A stretch of 64,000 bases of DNA from Eledone cirrhosa (GCA_964016885.1 OZ024764.1:26598001-26662000), one strand, 5' to 3'; positions 25,954 through 39,354 are shown, counted from the first letter of the stretch. Notes: generated from the sequence alone by a model not told the origin. Program-made: numbers and translations.

Positions 25954-28900
25954 GATTTATTAGCCACAGGGGCAGAGATGTCCATAACATTACATGACAG
26001 AATTATTAGCCACAGGGGCAGAGATTTCCATAACATTACATGTCAGAATTATTAGCCACAGGGGCAGAGATGTCCATAACATTACATGTCAGAATTATTA
26101 GCCACAGGGGCAGAGATGTCCATAACATTACATGACAGAATTATTAACCACAGGGGCAGAGATGACCATAACATTACATGACAATTATTAGACACAGGGG
26201 CAGATATGTCAATAACGTTACATGACAGAGTTTCATCTTGCGCTCTCTCTCTCTCGTTTCATCTCGCTCTCCCTCTCTCTCGTTTCATCTCTGTCTTCCT
26301 CTCTCTCGTTTCATCTCGCTCTCTCTCTCGTTTCATCTCTGTCTTCCTCTCTCTCGTTCCATCTCTCTCTTCCTCTCTCTCGTTCCATCTCTCTCTTCCT
26401 CTCTTTCGTTTCATCTCTATCTCCCTTCTTTCATCTGTCTCTCTCTCTGTCGTTTCATCTCGCGCTCTCTCTCTCTCGTTTCATCTTGCGCTCTCTCTCT
26501 CTCGTTTCGTCTTGCTCTCTCTCTCTCTCGTTTCATCTCTGTCTTCCTCTCTCTCGTTCCATCTCTCTATTCCTCTCTCTCGTTCCATCTCTCTCATCCT
26601 CTCTCTCGTTTCATCTCTATCTCCCTCCTTTCATCTGTCTCTCTCTCTGTCGTTTCATCTCGCGCTCTCTCTCTCTCTCGTTTCATCTTGCGCTCTCTCT
26701 CTCTCGTTTCATCTCGTTCTCTCTCTCGTTTCATCTCTGTCTTCCTCTCTCTCGTTCCATCTCTCTCTTCCTCTCTCTCGTTCCATCTCTCTCTTCCTCT
26801 CTCTCGTTTCATCTCTATCTCCCTTCTTTCATCTGTCTCGCTCTCTGTCGTTTCATCTCGCGCTCTCTCTCTCTCGTTTCATGTCGCGCTCTCTCTCTCT
26901 CGTTTCATCTCGCTCTCTCTCTCTCGTTTCATCTCTGTCTTCCTCTCTCTCGTGCCATCTCTCTCTTCCTCTCTCTCTTCCTCTCTCTCGTTTCATCTCT
27001 ATCTCCCTTGTTTCATCTCTCTCTCGCTCTCTCGTTTCATCTCTCTCTCCCTCTCGTTTCATCTCGCTCTCTCTCTCCTGTTTCATCTCGCTCTCTCTCT
27101 CTCGTTTCATCTCTGTCTTCCTCTCTCTCGTGCCATCTCTGTCTTCCTCTCTCTCGTTCCATCTCTCGCTTCCTCTCTCTCGTTTCATCTCGCTCTCCCT
27201 CGTTTCATCTCTCTCTCGCTCTCTCGTTTCATCTCTCTCTCCCTCTCATTTCATCTCGCTCTCTCTCTCCTGTTTCATCTGGCTCTCTCTCTCTCCTGTT
27301 TCATCTCGCTCTCTACTCTCGTTTCCTCTCTCTCGTTTCATCTCTCTCTCCCCCCCGTTTCATCTCGCTCTCTCTCTCTCATTTCATCTCGCTCTCTCTC
27401 TCTCGTTTCATCTCGCTCTCCCTCTCTCGTTTCATCCCGCTCTCACTCTCTCATTTCTTCTCGCTCTCTCTCTCTCTTGTTTCAACACTCTAATCCCTCA
27501 CTTGTTTACTATCTCTCAGAATTATTAGCCACAGGGGCAGAGATGACCATAACATTACATGGCAGAATTATTAGCCACAAGGGCAGAGATGTCCATAACA
27601 TTACATGACAGAATTATTAGCCACAGGGGCAGAGATGACCATAACATTACATGACAATTATTAGCCACAGGGGCAGATATGTCAATAACATTACATGACA
27701 GAGTTTCATCTCGCGCTCTCTCTCTCTCGTTTCATCTTGCGCTCTCTCTCTCTCTCGTTTCATCTTGCTCTCTCTCTCGTTTCATCTCTGTCTTCCTCTC
27801 TCTCGTTCCATCTCTCTCTTCCTCTCTCTAGTTCCATCTCTCTCATCCTCTCTCTCGTTTCATCTCTATCTCCCTCCTTTCATCTGTCTCTCTCTCTGTC
27901 GTTTCATCTCGCGCTCTCTCTCTCTCGTTTCATCTCGCGCTCTCTCTGTCTCGTTTCATCTCGCTCTCTCTCTCTCTCGTTTCATCTCTGTCTTCCTCTC
28001 TCTCGTTCCATCTCTCTCTTCCTCTCTCTCGTTCCATCTCTCTCTTCCTCTCTCTCGTTTCATCTCTATCTCCCTCGTTTCATCTCTCTCTCGCTCTCTC
28101 GTTTCATCTCTCTCTCCCGCTCGTTTCTTTTCGCTCTCTCTCTCCTGTTTCATCTCGCTCTCTACTCTCGTTTCCTCTCTCTCATTTCCTCTCTCTCTCG
28201 TTTCCTCTCTGTCTCGTTTCATCTCGCTCTCTCTCTTTCTCGTTTGATCTCGCTCTCACTCTCTCGTTTCATCTCGCTTCTCTCACTCTCTTGTTTCATC
28301 TCGCTCTCTCTCTCTCTTCCTCTCTCTCTCTTGTTTCAACACTCTAATCCCTCACTTGTTTTATCTCTCTCTAATCCCTCACTTGGTTCATCTCTCTCAG
28401 AATTATTAGCCACAGGGGCAGAGATGTCCATAACATTACATGTCAGAATTATTAGCCACAGGGCAGAGATGTCCATAACATTACATGTCAGAATTATTAG
28501 CCACTGGGGCAGAGATGTCCATAACATTACATGTCAGAATTATTAGCCACAGGGGTAGAGATGTCCATAACATTACATGTCAGAATTATTAGCCACAGGG
28601 GCAGAGATGTCCATAACATTACATGACAGAATTATTAGCCACAGGGGCAGTGATGTCCATAACATTACATGACAATTATTAGCCCCAAGGGCAGATATGT
28701 CCATAACATTACATGACAGAGTTCCATCTCGCGCTCTCTCTCTTCCTCTCTCTCGTTTCATCTCGCTCTCTCTCTCTCGTTTCATCTCGCTCTCTCGTTT
28801 CATCTCGCTCTCTCGTTTCATCTCGCTCTCCCTCGTTTCATCTCTGTCTTCCTCTCTCTCGTTCCATCTCTCTCTTCCTCTCTCTCGTTCCATCTCTCTC

Positions 28901-31900
28901 TTCCTCTCTCTCGTTTCATCTCTATCTCCCTCGTTTCATCTCTCTCTCCCTCTCGTTTCATCTCGCTCTCTCTCTCCTGTTTCATCTCGCTCTCTACTCT
29001 CGTTTCCTCTCTCTCGTTTCCTCTCTGTCTCGTTCCATCCCGCTCTCTCTCTCTCTCATTACATCTCGCTCTCTCTGTCTCGTTTCATCTCGCTCTCTCT
29101 CTCTCTCGTTTCATCTCGCTCTCACTCTCTCGTTTCATCTCGCGTTTCATCTCACTCTCCCTGTCTCATTTCACCTCGCTCTCTCTCTCTCTTCCTCTCT
29201 CTCTCTTGTTTCAACACTCTAATCCCTCACTTGTTTTATCTCTCTCTAATCCCTCACTTGTTTCATCTCTTTCAGAATTATTAGCCACAGGGGCAGAGAT
29301 GTCCATAACATTACATGTCAGAATTATTAGCCACAGGGCAGAGATGTCCATAACATTACATGTCAGAGTTATTAGCCACAGGGGCAGAGATGTCCATAAC
29401 ATTACATGTCAGAATTATTAGCCACGGGGGCGGAGACGTCCATAACATTACATGACAGAATTATTAGCCACAGGGGCAGAGATGACCATAACATTACATG
29501 ACAATTATTAGCCACAGGGGCAGATATATCAATAACATTACATGATAGAGTTTCATCTCGCGCTCTCTCTCTCTCGTTTCATCTTGCTCTCTCTCTCTCT
29601 CGTTTCATCTCTGTCTTCCTCTCTCTCGTTCCATCTCTCTCTTCCTCTCTCTCGTTCCATCTCTCTCATCCTCTCTCTCGTTTCATCTCTATCTCCCTCC
29701 TTTCATCTGTCTCTCTCTGTCGTTTCATCTCGTGCTCTCTCTCTCTCGTTTCATCTCGCGCTCTCTCTGTCTCGTTTCATCTCGCTCTCTCTCTCTCTCG
29801 TTTCATCTCTGTCTTCCTCTCTCACGTTCCATCTCTCTCTTCCTCTCTCTCGTTCCATCTCTCTCTTCCTCTCTCTCGTTTCATCTCTATCTCCCTCGTT
29901 TCATCTCTCTCTCGCTCTCTCGTTTCATCTCTCTCTCCCTCTCGTTTCATCTCGCTCTCTACTCTCGTTTCCTCTCTCTCGTTTCCTCTCTGTCTCGTTC
30001 CATCCCGCTCTCTCTCTCTCACATTACATCTCGCTCTCTCTGTCTCGTTTCATCTCGCTCTCTCTCTCTCTCGTTTCATCTCGCTCTCACTCTCTCGTTT
30101 CATCTCGCTTCTCTCACTATTGCGTTTCATCTCGCTCTCCCTGTCTCATTTCATCTCGCTCTCTCTCTCTCTTCCTCTCTCTTGTTTCAACACCCTAATC
30201 CCTCACTTGTTTTATCTCTCTCTAATCCCTCACTTGTTTCATCTCTCTCAGAAATATTAGCCACAGGGGCAGAGATGTCCATAACATTACATGTCAGAAT
30301 TATTAGCCACAGGGCAGAGATGTCCATAACATTACATGTCAGAATTATTAACCACAGGGGCAGAGATGTCCATAACATTACATGTCAGAATTATTAGCCA
30401 CAGGGGCGGAGACGTCCATAACATTACATGACAGAATTATTAGCCACAGGGGCAGAGATGACCATAACATTACATGACAATTATTAGCCACAGGGGCAGA
30501 TATATCAATAACATTACATGAAAGAGTTTCATCTCGCGCTCTCTCTCTCTCGTTTCATCTTGCGCTCTCTCTCTCTCGTTTCATCTTGCTCTCTCTCTCT
30601 CTCGTTTCATCTCTGTATTCCTCTCTCTCGTTCCATCTCTCTATTCCTCTCTCTCGTTCCATCTCTCTCATCCTCTCTCTCGTTTTATCTGTATCTCCCT
30701 CCTTCAATCTGTCTCTCTCTCTGTCGTTTCATCTCGTGCTCTCTCTGTCTCGTTTCATCTCGCGCTCTCTCTGTCTCGTTTCATCTCGCTCTCTCTCTCT
30801 CTCTCGTTTCATCTCTGTCTTCCTCTCTCTCGTTCCATCTCTCTCTTCCTCTTTCTCGTTCCATCTCTCTCTTCCTCTCTCTCGTTTCATCTCTATCTCC
30901 CTCGTTTCATCTCTCTCTCGCTCTCTCGTTTCATCTCTCTCTCCCTCTCGTTTCATCTCGCTCTCTACTCTCGTTTCCTCTCTCTCGTTTCCTCTCTGTC
31001 TCGTTCCATCCCGCTCTCTCTCTCTCTCATTACATCTCGCTCTCTCTGTCTCGTTTCATCTCGCTCTCTCTCGCTCTCGTTTCATCTCGCTCTCACTCTC
31101 TCGTTTCATCTCGCTTCTCTCACTATTGCGTTTCATCTCGCTCTCCCTGTCTCATTTCATCTCGCTCTCTCTCTCTCTTCCTCTCTCTTGTTTCAACACC
31201 CTAATCCCTCACTTGTTTTATCTCTCTCTAATCCCTCACTTGTTTCATCTCTCTCAGAATTATTAGCCACAGGGGCAGAGATGTCCATAACATTACATGT
31301 CAGAGTTATTAGCCACAGGGGCAGAGATGTCCATAACGTTACATGACAATTATTAGCCCCAAGGGCAGATATGTCCATAACATTACATGACAGAGTTTCA
31401 TCTCGCGCTCTCTCTCTCTCGTTTCATCTCGCGCTCTCTCTCTTCCTCTCTCTCGTTTCATCTCGCTCTCTCTCTCTCTCGTTTCACCTCTGTCTTCCAT
31501 CTCTCTCTTCCTCTCTCTCGTTCCATCTCACTCTTCCTCTCTCTCATTTCATCTCTCTCTCTCGTTTCATCTCTATCTCTCTCTCTCGTTTCATCTGTCT
31601 CTCTCTCTGTCGTTTCATCTCCCTCTATCTCTCTCTCCCTCTCGTTTCATCTCGCTCTCTCTCTCCTGTTTCATCTCGCTCTCTCTCTCTCCTGTTTCAT
31701 CTCGATCTCACTCTCTCGTTTCATCTCGCTCTCTCTCTGTCTCGTTTCATCTCGCTCTCTCTCTCTCATTTCATCTCGCTCTCTCTCTCTCATTTCATCT
31801 CGCTCTCTCTCTCTCGTTTCATCTCGCTCTCACTCTCTCGTTTCATCTCGCTCTCACTCTCTCGTTTCATCTCGCTCTCCCTGTCCCGTTTCATCTCGCT

Positions 31901-34900
31901 CACACTCTCTCATTTCATCTCGCTCTCTCTCTCTTCTTTCAACACTCTAATCCCTCACTTGTTTCATCTCTCTCAGAATTATTAGCCACAGGGGCAGAGA
32001 TGACCATAACATTACATGTCAGAATTATTAGCCACAGGGGCAGAGATGTCCATAACATTACATGTCAGAATCATTAGCCACAGGGGCAGAGATGTCCATA
32101 ACATTACATGACAGAATTATTAGCCACAGGGGCAGAGATGACCATAACATTACATGACAATTATTAGCCACAGGGGCAGATATGTCAATAACATTACATG
32201 ACAGAGTTTCATCTCGCGCTCTCTCTCTCTCTCGTTTCATCTTGCGCTCTCTCTCTCTCGTTTCCTCTCGCTCTCTCTCTCTCTCGTTTCATCTCTGTCT
32301 TCCTCTCTCTCGTTCCATCTCTCTCTTCCTCTCTCTCGTTCAATCTCTCTCTTCCTCTCTCTCGTTTCATCTGTCTCTCTCTCTGTCGTTTCATCTCGCG
32401 CTCTCTCTCTCTCGTTTCATCTCGCGCTCTCTCTCTCTCATTTCATCTCGCTCTCTCTCTCTCTCGTTTCATCTCTGTCTTCCTCTCTCTCTTCCTCTCT
32501 CTCGTTCCATCTCTCTCTTCCTCTCTCTCGTTTCATCTCTATCTCCCTCGTTTCATCTCTCTCTCGCTCTCTCGTTTCATCTCTCTCTCCCTCTCGTCTC
32601 ATCTCGCTCTCTCTCTTCTGTTTCATCTCGCTCTCTACTCTCGTCTCCTCTCTGTCGTTTCCTCTCTGTCTCGTTTCATCTCGCTCTCCCTGTCTCATTT
32701 CATCTCGCTCTCTCTCTCTCTCTTCCTCTCTGTCTCTTGTTTCAACACTCTAATCCCTCACTTGTTTTATCTCTCTCTAATCCCTCACTTGTTTCATCTC
32801 TCTCAGAATTATTAGCCACAGGGGCAGAGATGTCCATAACATTACATGTCAGAGTTATTAGCCACAGGGGCAGAGATGTCCATAACGTTACATGACAATT
32901 ATTAGCCCCAAGGGCAGATATGTCCATAACATTACATGACAGAGTTTCATCTCGCGCTCTCTCTCTCTCGTTTCATCTCGCGCTCTCTCTCTTCCTCTCT
33001 CTCGTTTCATCTCGCTCTCTCTCTCTCTCGTTTCACCTCTGTCTTCCATCTCTCTCTTCCTCTCTCTCGTTCCATCTCACTCTTCCTCTCTCTCATTTCA
33101 TCTCTCTCTCTCGTTTCATCTCTATCTCTCTCTCTCGTTTCATCTGTCTCTCTCTCTGTCGTTTCATCTCCCTCTATCTCTCTCTCCCTCTCGTTTCATC
33201 TCGCTCTCTCTCTCCTGTTTCATCTCGCTCTCTCTCTCTCCTGTTTCATCTCGCTCTCTACTCTCGTTTCCTCTCTCTCTCCCTCCTGTTTCATCTCGCT
33301 CTCTCTCTCTCGTTTCATCTCGCTCTCACTCTCTCGTTTCATCTCGCTCTCTCTCTGTCTCGTTTCATCTCGCTCTCTCTCTCTCATTTCATCTCGCTCT
33401 CTCTCTCTCGTTTCATCTCGCTCTCACTCTCTCGTTTCATCTCGCTCTCACTCTCTCGTTTCATCTCGCTCTCCCTGTCTCGTTTCATCTCGCTCACACT
33501 CTCTCATTTCATCTCGCTCTCTCTCTCTTCTTTCAACACTCTAATCCCTCACTTGTTTCATCTCTCTCAGAATTATTAGCCACAGGGCAGAGATGTCCAT
33601 AACATTACATGTCAGAATTATTAGCCACAGGGGCAGAGATGTCCATAACATTACATGACAGAGTTTCATCTCGCTCTCTCTCTCTCTCGTTTCATCAGTG
33701 TCTTCCTCTCTCTCGTTCCATCTCTCTCTTGCTCTCTCTCGTTCCATCTCTATCTTCATCTCTCTCGTTTCATCTCTATCTCCCTCCTTTCATCTGTCTC
33801 TCTCTCTGTCGTTTCATCTCGCGCTCTCTCTCTCTCGTTTCATCTCGCGCTCTCTCTCTCTTTCTCTCTCTCGTTTCATCTCTATCTCCCTCGTTTCATC
33901 TGTCTCTCGCTCTCTCGTTTCATCTCTCTCTCCCTCTCGTTTCATCTCGCTCTCTACTCTCGTTTCCTCTCTCTCGCGTTCCATCCCACTCTCTCTCTCT
34001 CTCATTACATCTCGCTCTCTCTGTCTAGTTTCATCTCGCTCTCTCTCTCTCTCTCGTTTCATCTCGCTCTCACTCTCTCGTTTCATCTCGCTTCTCTCAC
34101 TCTCGTGTTTCATCTCGCTCTCCCTGTCTCATTTCATCTCGCTCTCTCTCTCTCTTCCTCTCTCTCTCTTGTTTCAACACTCTAATCCCTCACTTGTTTT
34201 ATCTCTCTCTAATCCCTCACTTGTTTCATCTCTCTCAGAATTATTAGCCACAGGGGCAGAGATGTCCATAACATTACATGTCAGAATTATTAGCCACAGG
34301 GCAGAGATGTCCATAACATTACACGTCAGAATTATTAGCCACAGGGGCAGAGATGTCCATAACATTACATGACAGAATTATTAGCCACAGGGGCAGAGAT
34401 GTCCATAACATTACATGTCAGAATTATTAGACACAGGGCAGAGATGTCCATAACATTACATGTCAGAATTATTAGCCACAGGGGCAGAGATGTCCATAAC
34501 ATTACATGTCAGAATTATTAGCCACAGGGGCCGAGATGTCCATAACATTACATGAAAGAATTATTAGCCACAGGGGCAGAGATGTCCATAACATTACATG
34601 ACAGAATTATTAGCCACAGGGGCAGAGATGTCCATAACATTACATGACAATTATTAGCCCCAAGGGCAGATATGTCCATAACATTACATGACAGAGTTTC
34701 ATCTGGCGCTCTCTCTCTTCCTCTCTCTCGTTTCATCTCTGTCTTCCTCTCTCTCGTTCCATCTCTCTCTTCCTCTCGCTCGTTCCATCTCTCTCTTCCT
34801 CTCTCTCGTTTCATCTCTATCTCCCTCCTTTCATCTGTCTCTCTCTCTGTCGTTTCATCTCGCGCTCTCTCTCTCTCGTTTCATCTCGCGCTCTCTCTCT

Positions 34901-35610
34901 CTCGTTTCATCTCTCTCTCTCTCTCGTTTCATCTCTGTCTTCCTCTCTCTCGTTCCATCTCTCTCTTCCTCTCTCTCGTTTCATCTCTATCTCCCTCGTT
35001 TCATCTCTCTCTCCCTCTCGTTTCATCTCGCTCTCTCTCTCCTGTTTCATCTCGCTCTCTACTCTCGTTTCCTCACTCTCGTTTCCTCTCTCTCTCGTTT
35101 CCTCTCTGTCTCGTTCCATCCCGCTCTCTCTCTCTCTCATTACATCTCGCTCTCTCTGTCTCGTTTCATCTCGCTCTCTCTCTCTCTCGTTTCATCTCGC
35201 TCTCACTCTCTCGTTTCATCTCGCTTCTCTCACTCTCGCGTTTCATCTCGCTCTCCCTGTCTCATTTCATCTCGCTCTCTCTCTCTCTTCCTCTCTCTCT
35301 CTTGTTTCAACACTCTAATCCCTCACTTGTTTTATCTCTCTCTAATCCCCCACGTGTTTCATCTCTCTCAGAATTATTAGCCACAGGGGCAGAGATGTCC
35401 ATAACATTACATGTCAGAATTATTAGCCACAGGGCAGAGATGTCCATAACATTACATGTCAGAATTATTAACCACAGGGGCAGAGATGTCCATAACATAA
35501 CATGACAGAATTATTAGCCGCAGGGGCAGAGATGTCCATAACATTACATGACAGAATTATTAGCCACAGGGGCAGATATGTCCATAACATTACATGACAG
35601 AGTTTCATCT
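25954..35610 (-). repeat. Composite satellite, right arm (inverted; CT on top strand), about ten shorter cassettes
   Basis: Reverse-complement 46-bp unit gaattattagccacaggggcagagatgtccataacattacatg(ac/tc)a alternates with gtttcatctcgc(tc)n cassettes of ~0.55-1.3 kb. Confidence 0.97.
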
Positions 35611-35649
35611 GGTTGGAGTAATAACAGTCTTGTTTATGTATATACACAC

Positions 35650-35681
<32 letters not shown>

Positions 35682-35785
35682 GTTTGTTCTTGTATTTCTA
35701 TAGAAAAGGTAAAGAAAAGAAGAATGCTCTATGTATTGTACAGAGCTATTTAATTACATAATAAACAACAGAATATAATTATTCC

Positions 35786-38140
35786 ATGCAAATAGACTTA
35801 GAATGGAAAACATTCAGACAGAGAAGAATGGATAATGAGCGTCGTAAGAGAAATTGGCCAACAATTAATATTAATGGAAATCTAGAAGAATTTCATATTA
35901 GTGATATGAATGTTTCGTGTGATCACTGTGAAGCTTTGAAATTTAGAAATGAAAATTGTAACTGTTGTAATAAAGGAAAGGTTGTGTTGCCTCCATTGCA
36001 AATATACCCCGAGAGACTGAGAAATCTCTTTGAAAGAGGCCAGGAAGCAGTTGATTTCACAGAAACGTCTGCAATTAAAACTACATTTATTTCACTTCAT
36101 TTGGTGTTACCACCCGGCAGAGGCCCGTATAGCTTTCATATTCAGGGTCAAACATATCACTACACCCCCATCTCTGTAACCTGCAGAAAATACACCACAA
36201 TATGGCCAGTTATATATTATTGATGGGAACGAAGGTGTGTAGCACAGATTGGAAGTACGACCAAATAATTGTTTCTGGCACAAGGCCAGCAATTACTGGT
36301 ACTTTATTCTATCGACCTCATAAGGATGAAAACAAAGTCAACCTTGGAGGGATTTGAACCCAGAACGTAAAGGGCCATAACCCTATGCTGCAAAGCATGG
36401 TGTCTGACGCTCTACCGATACTGCCAATCCACCGCCCTAGTACCAACAAATAATGAGTGCTCACCACAAAAAATGGCTATGATAAGAGAGGTGTTGCGTG
36501 ATGTAATCCATATGTCGAAGTGTACAATACAATGCATGGCATCAAACAGCAAAGTGCAAGAAGAGAAAATTGTTGTGTACAGAACTGTAAATTAAGATTT
36601 AGAAGAGGATCAGATATGAGCTGCTATAATTTACCAACTAGTAATGATAGCTGTTGTTTTGTGGGGGATTGAGGGCAGACCACCTGTACAAAGAGATATT
36701 ATCATCTTTCCTAAAGACCATCCTCCTCAGAATATATCACATAATTCATGCCACTTGGACCTCATGACCAACCCATAATGGTGAATTTTGGTGGCATAGT
36801 GACATGGAGAGGAATGCAGGACCTGTGTTTGCAATAGACTGACAATGCAGGAGTATTACATATACAGTATAGCATATAGAGGAGGATTTAGTGCGATATA
36901 TAGGGCAGGTAAATTATTTTAGCAGTATTTAGTGGAAGCCTATATGAAAGTAGGGGGATGCAGGCTTCAATATTTGAGGAACAATCAAGCCCAATTGTGA
37001 GTGGATGAGTATAATGGTTTAATGAATTATCTAAACAGATGATAACACTGAGCCTTAAGAAATGAAGACAAGATAAGAAACAGAGAAGACATTGACAGAA
37101 TCGTGTCAGCAGAAATACCTGCATTGGAAGATGATCAAGTACTACATGAGCAGGTTTAAAAGTTTATGATACACGGGCCATGTGGTTCTGGAAACCCTTT
37201 TCCCCCATTTATACAAAATGGATTTTTCCAAAAGAACTATCCAAAAACCTACAGAAGGGAAACATTATTGAACCTAAATGGATACCCAGAGTACAGGAGG
37301 TGCAAGACAGGAACTGCAGTGTAAATTGGATGACATTCAGTAGATAACAGGAATGTTGTGCCATTTAATGCCTTTTTGCTTAAGAAATATTGTGCATATA
37401 TTAATGTTGAAGTTTGCGCTTCTGTAAAAAGTGTCAAGTACCTCTTTAAATATGTTACATGGGGCATGATTGTACATCTATAGAAGTAACGAATAATGCA
37501 TTACCTAATGAGGCTCAGAACCAACACAACCATGATGAAATAAGAACCTATCTTTGTTGCAGGTATGTGTCTCAGCCAGAAGCAGTGTCGTGTCTGTCCG
37601 AATTTAAGCTTCATGGTACATCACATACATTATACAGCCTAGCCACACACCTGGAGAACAAACAGAGTTTACTTTCAAAGAGGCAATGCTCAGGTTGTGG
37701 TAGAAATGCAGGGACCCTTGCTGCCTGGTTCAAGCTAAATGAACTTGCTTACACCTTCTGGGATGCCGCCTCACAAACTCCAATTAAAAGCAGGATCAAT
37801 AATAATGCTTCTATGGAATATTTCAATCCAGAACAGATTATGTAATGGCACAAGATTAGAAGTAGTAGAACTGCATAAACATTTTATCAAAGCTTCTCAT
37901 ATCTATGGTCCTTTGATGGGCAGGTGTGTTTTGATCCCAAGACTGAAGTTAGCCCCCAGTGGTGCCAACATCCTTTTTACTTCGGAAAGACCCCAGTTTC
38001 CATTAAGACTGTCATATGCCATGACAATCAACAAGAACCATGGTCAAATACATGATAAAGTGGGTCTGTTCCTCCCTGAGCAAGTATTTAACCCTGGACA
38101 ATTGTATGTTGCTTTTTCAAGAGTTCACAGACAGATGTAA
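35786..38140 (+). mobile_element. Decayed, internally deleted Helitron Rep/PIF1-helicase pseudogene
   Basis: Motifs in order: Zn-finger-like motif; GPYSFHIQGQTYH; GKLF*QYLVEAYMKV..RLQYLRNNQ (~36905-36990); DIDRIVSAEIP..MIHGPCG (~37088-37186); INVEVCASVKSVKYLFKYV..GHD..DEIRTYL..RYVS (Rep motif 3); PSGMPPHKLQLK..LCNGTRL..QFPLRLSYAMTINKNHGQ..VFNPGQLYVAFSRV (PIF1 C-terminus). Many stops and frameshifts. Confidence 0.93.
36270..36437 (-). mobile_element. tRNA-derived SINE inserted in the Helitron ORF
   Basis: Same element as 11318-11485. Flanked by an imperfect 16-bp direct repeat, agtacgaccaaataat (36254-36269) and agtaccaacaaataat (36439-36454). Confidence 0.85.
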
Positions 38141-38434
38141 AAATTAATCCTAGCAAACCCCCACCACTCCTACAACTGTTAGCTGTTAGCCCACCCCCAG
38201 CATCACCCAACCTCCGTTCTAGTCCCACCGTTAGAACCAATGCTGCTTACCCTGCCTCTTTTACTAGTTCACTCCGTCGCTCGAATTTCAAAGCTGGCCC
38301 TCTACACTTGGTCGTTGCCAGCTCACCACCTGGTTGTGCTCTCTGTGTCCGCACTAGCCGGTACCTAAACACAATAAAATGTCACCTGTGCTACCAAAAC
38401 TACCACAGGAACTCTGTCGGCATCAGCAAGGCTC

Positions 38435-38457
38435 AAGCCGAAAGGCTTCAATACTAG
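38435..38457 (+). other. Candidate Helitron 3' terminus (hairpin then CTAG)
   Basis: aagcc-gaaa-ggctt hairpin followed by caata-CTAG, ~300 bp after the helicase stop. The next base is A rather than the canonical T. Confidence 0.3.
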
Positions 38458-38712
38458 ACCTGTAATCAGGGCCACTTTACCTCCGACGACCAGCTTTCTA
38501 CCGAGTGTGTGTTGATGGAGGGGACATGAGACCAGCAAAGTCCTAGGAGTAGAGACTAGTAAATAATAAACGGTCCTAGCTATGTTAAGAATATATATAA
38601 TAAAAATGTTCTATACATTTAAGAAGACAAGAGAAATAAATATTTACCTCTTTCATGTAGGTAATATAGCGGTGTTATAAAAGTATAATAACTGATGCGG
38701 GTAGTTTGTTTC

Positions 38713-39300
38713 AAACTATAACACATATAACTCTATCAGTGAAGCCCTTTAGTATAGGTCAACTGGGAAACTATAACACATATAACCCTATCAGTGAAGT
38801 CCTTTAGTATAGGTCAACTGGAAAACTATAACACATATAACCCTATCAGTGAAGTCCTTTAGTATAGGTCAACTGGGAAACTATAACACATATAACCCTA
38901 TCAGTGAAGTCCTTTAGTATAGGTCAACTGGGAAACTATAACACATATAACCCTATCAGTGAAGCCCTCTGGGAAACTATAACACATATAACTCTATCAG
39001 TGAAGCCCTTTAGTATAGGTCAACTGGGAAACTATAACACATATAACCCTATCAGTGAAGTCCTTTAGTATAGGTCAACTGGGAAACTATAACACATATA
39101 ACCCTATCAGTGAAGTCCTTTAGTATAGGTCAACTGGGAAATTATAACACATATAACCCTATCAGTGAAGTCCTTTAGTATAGGTCAACTGGGAAACTAT
39201 AACACATATAACCCTATCAGTGAAGTCCTTTAGTATAGGTCAACTGGGAAACTATAACACATATAACCTTATCAGTGAAGTCCTTTAGTATAGGTCAACT
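38713..39300. repeat. 55-bp minisatellite, 11 units (one 41-bp truncated)
   Basis: aaactataacacatataaccctatcagtgaagtcctttagtataggtcaactggg starts at 38713, 38768, 38823, 38878, 38933 (short), 38974, 39029, 39084, 39139, 39194, 39249. Confidence 0.97.
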
Positions 39301-39354
39301 AACAGAAGTATTACGGGTATGGAAAAAATTCTAAATAAGCCTACAACAGTCATT

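Noticed and set aside
25957-25980. tagccacaggggcag in the 46-mer as a CTCF site
   Set aside because: Spacing is 1-2 nt short of the CCASYAGRKGGCRS core. A PWM scan or ChIP would be needed.
12387-35505. Dozens of long ORFs (up to 570 aa) rich in S/L/F/H or R/E, also throughout 47071-63822
   Set aside because: They overlap in several frames, follow satellite orientation, and arise because the pyrimidine-rich strand rarely forms stop codons. No domain or frame preservation between copies.
38713-39300. CCCTATCAGTGA in the 55-bp repeat resembles the tet operator (possible vector contamination)
   Set aside because: Only 12 bp match, the palindromic half (TAGAGA) is absent, and there is no other vector sequence.
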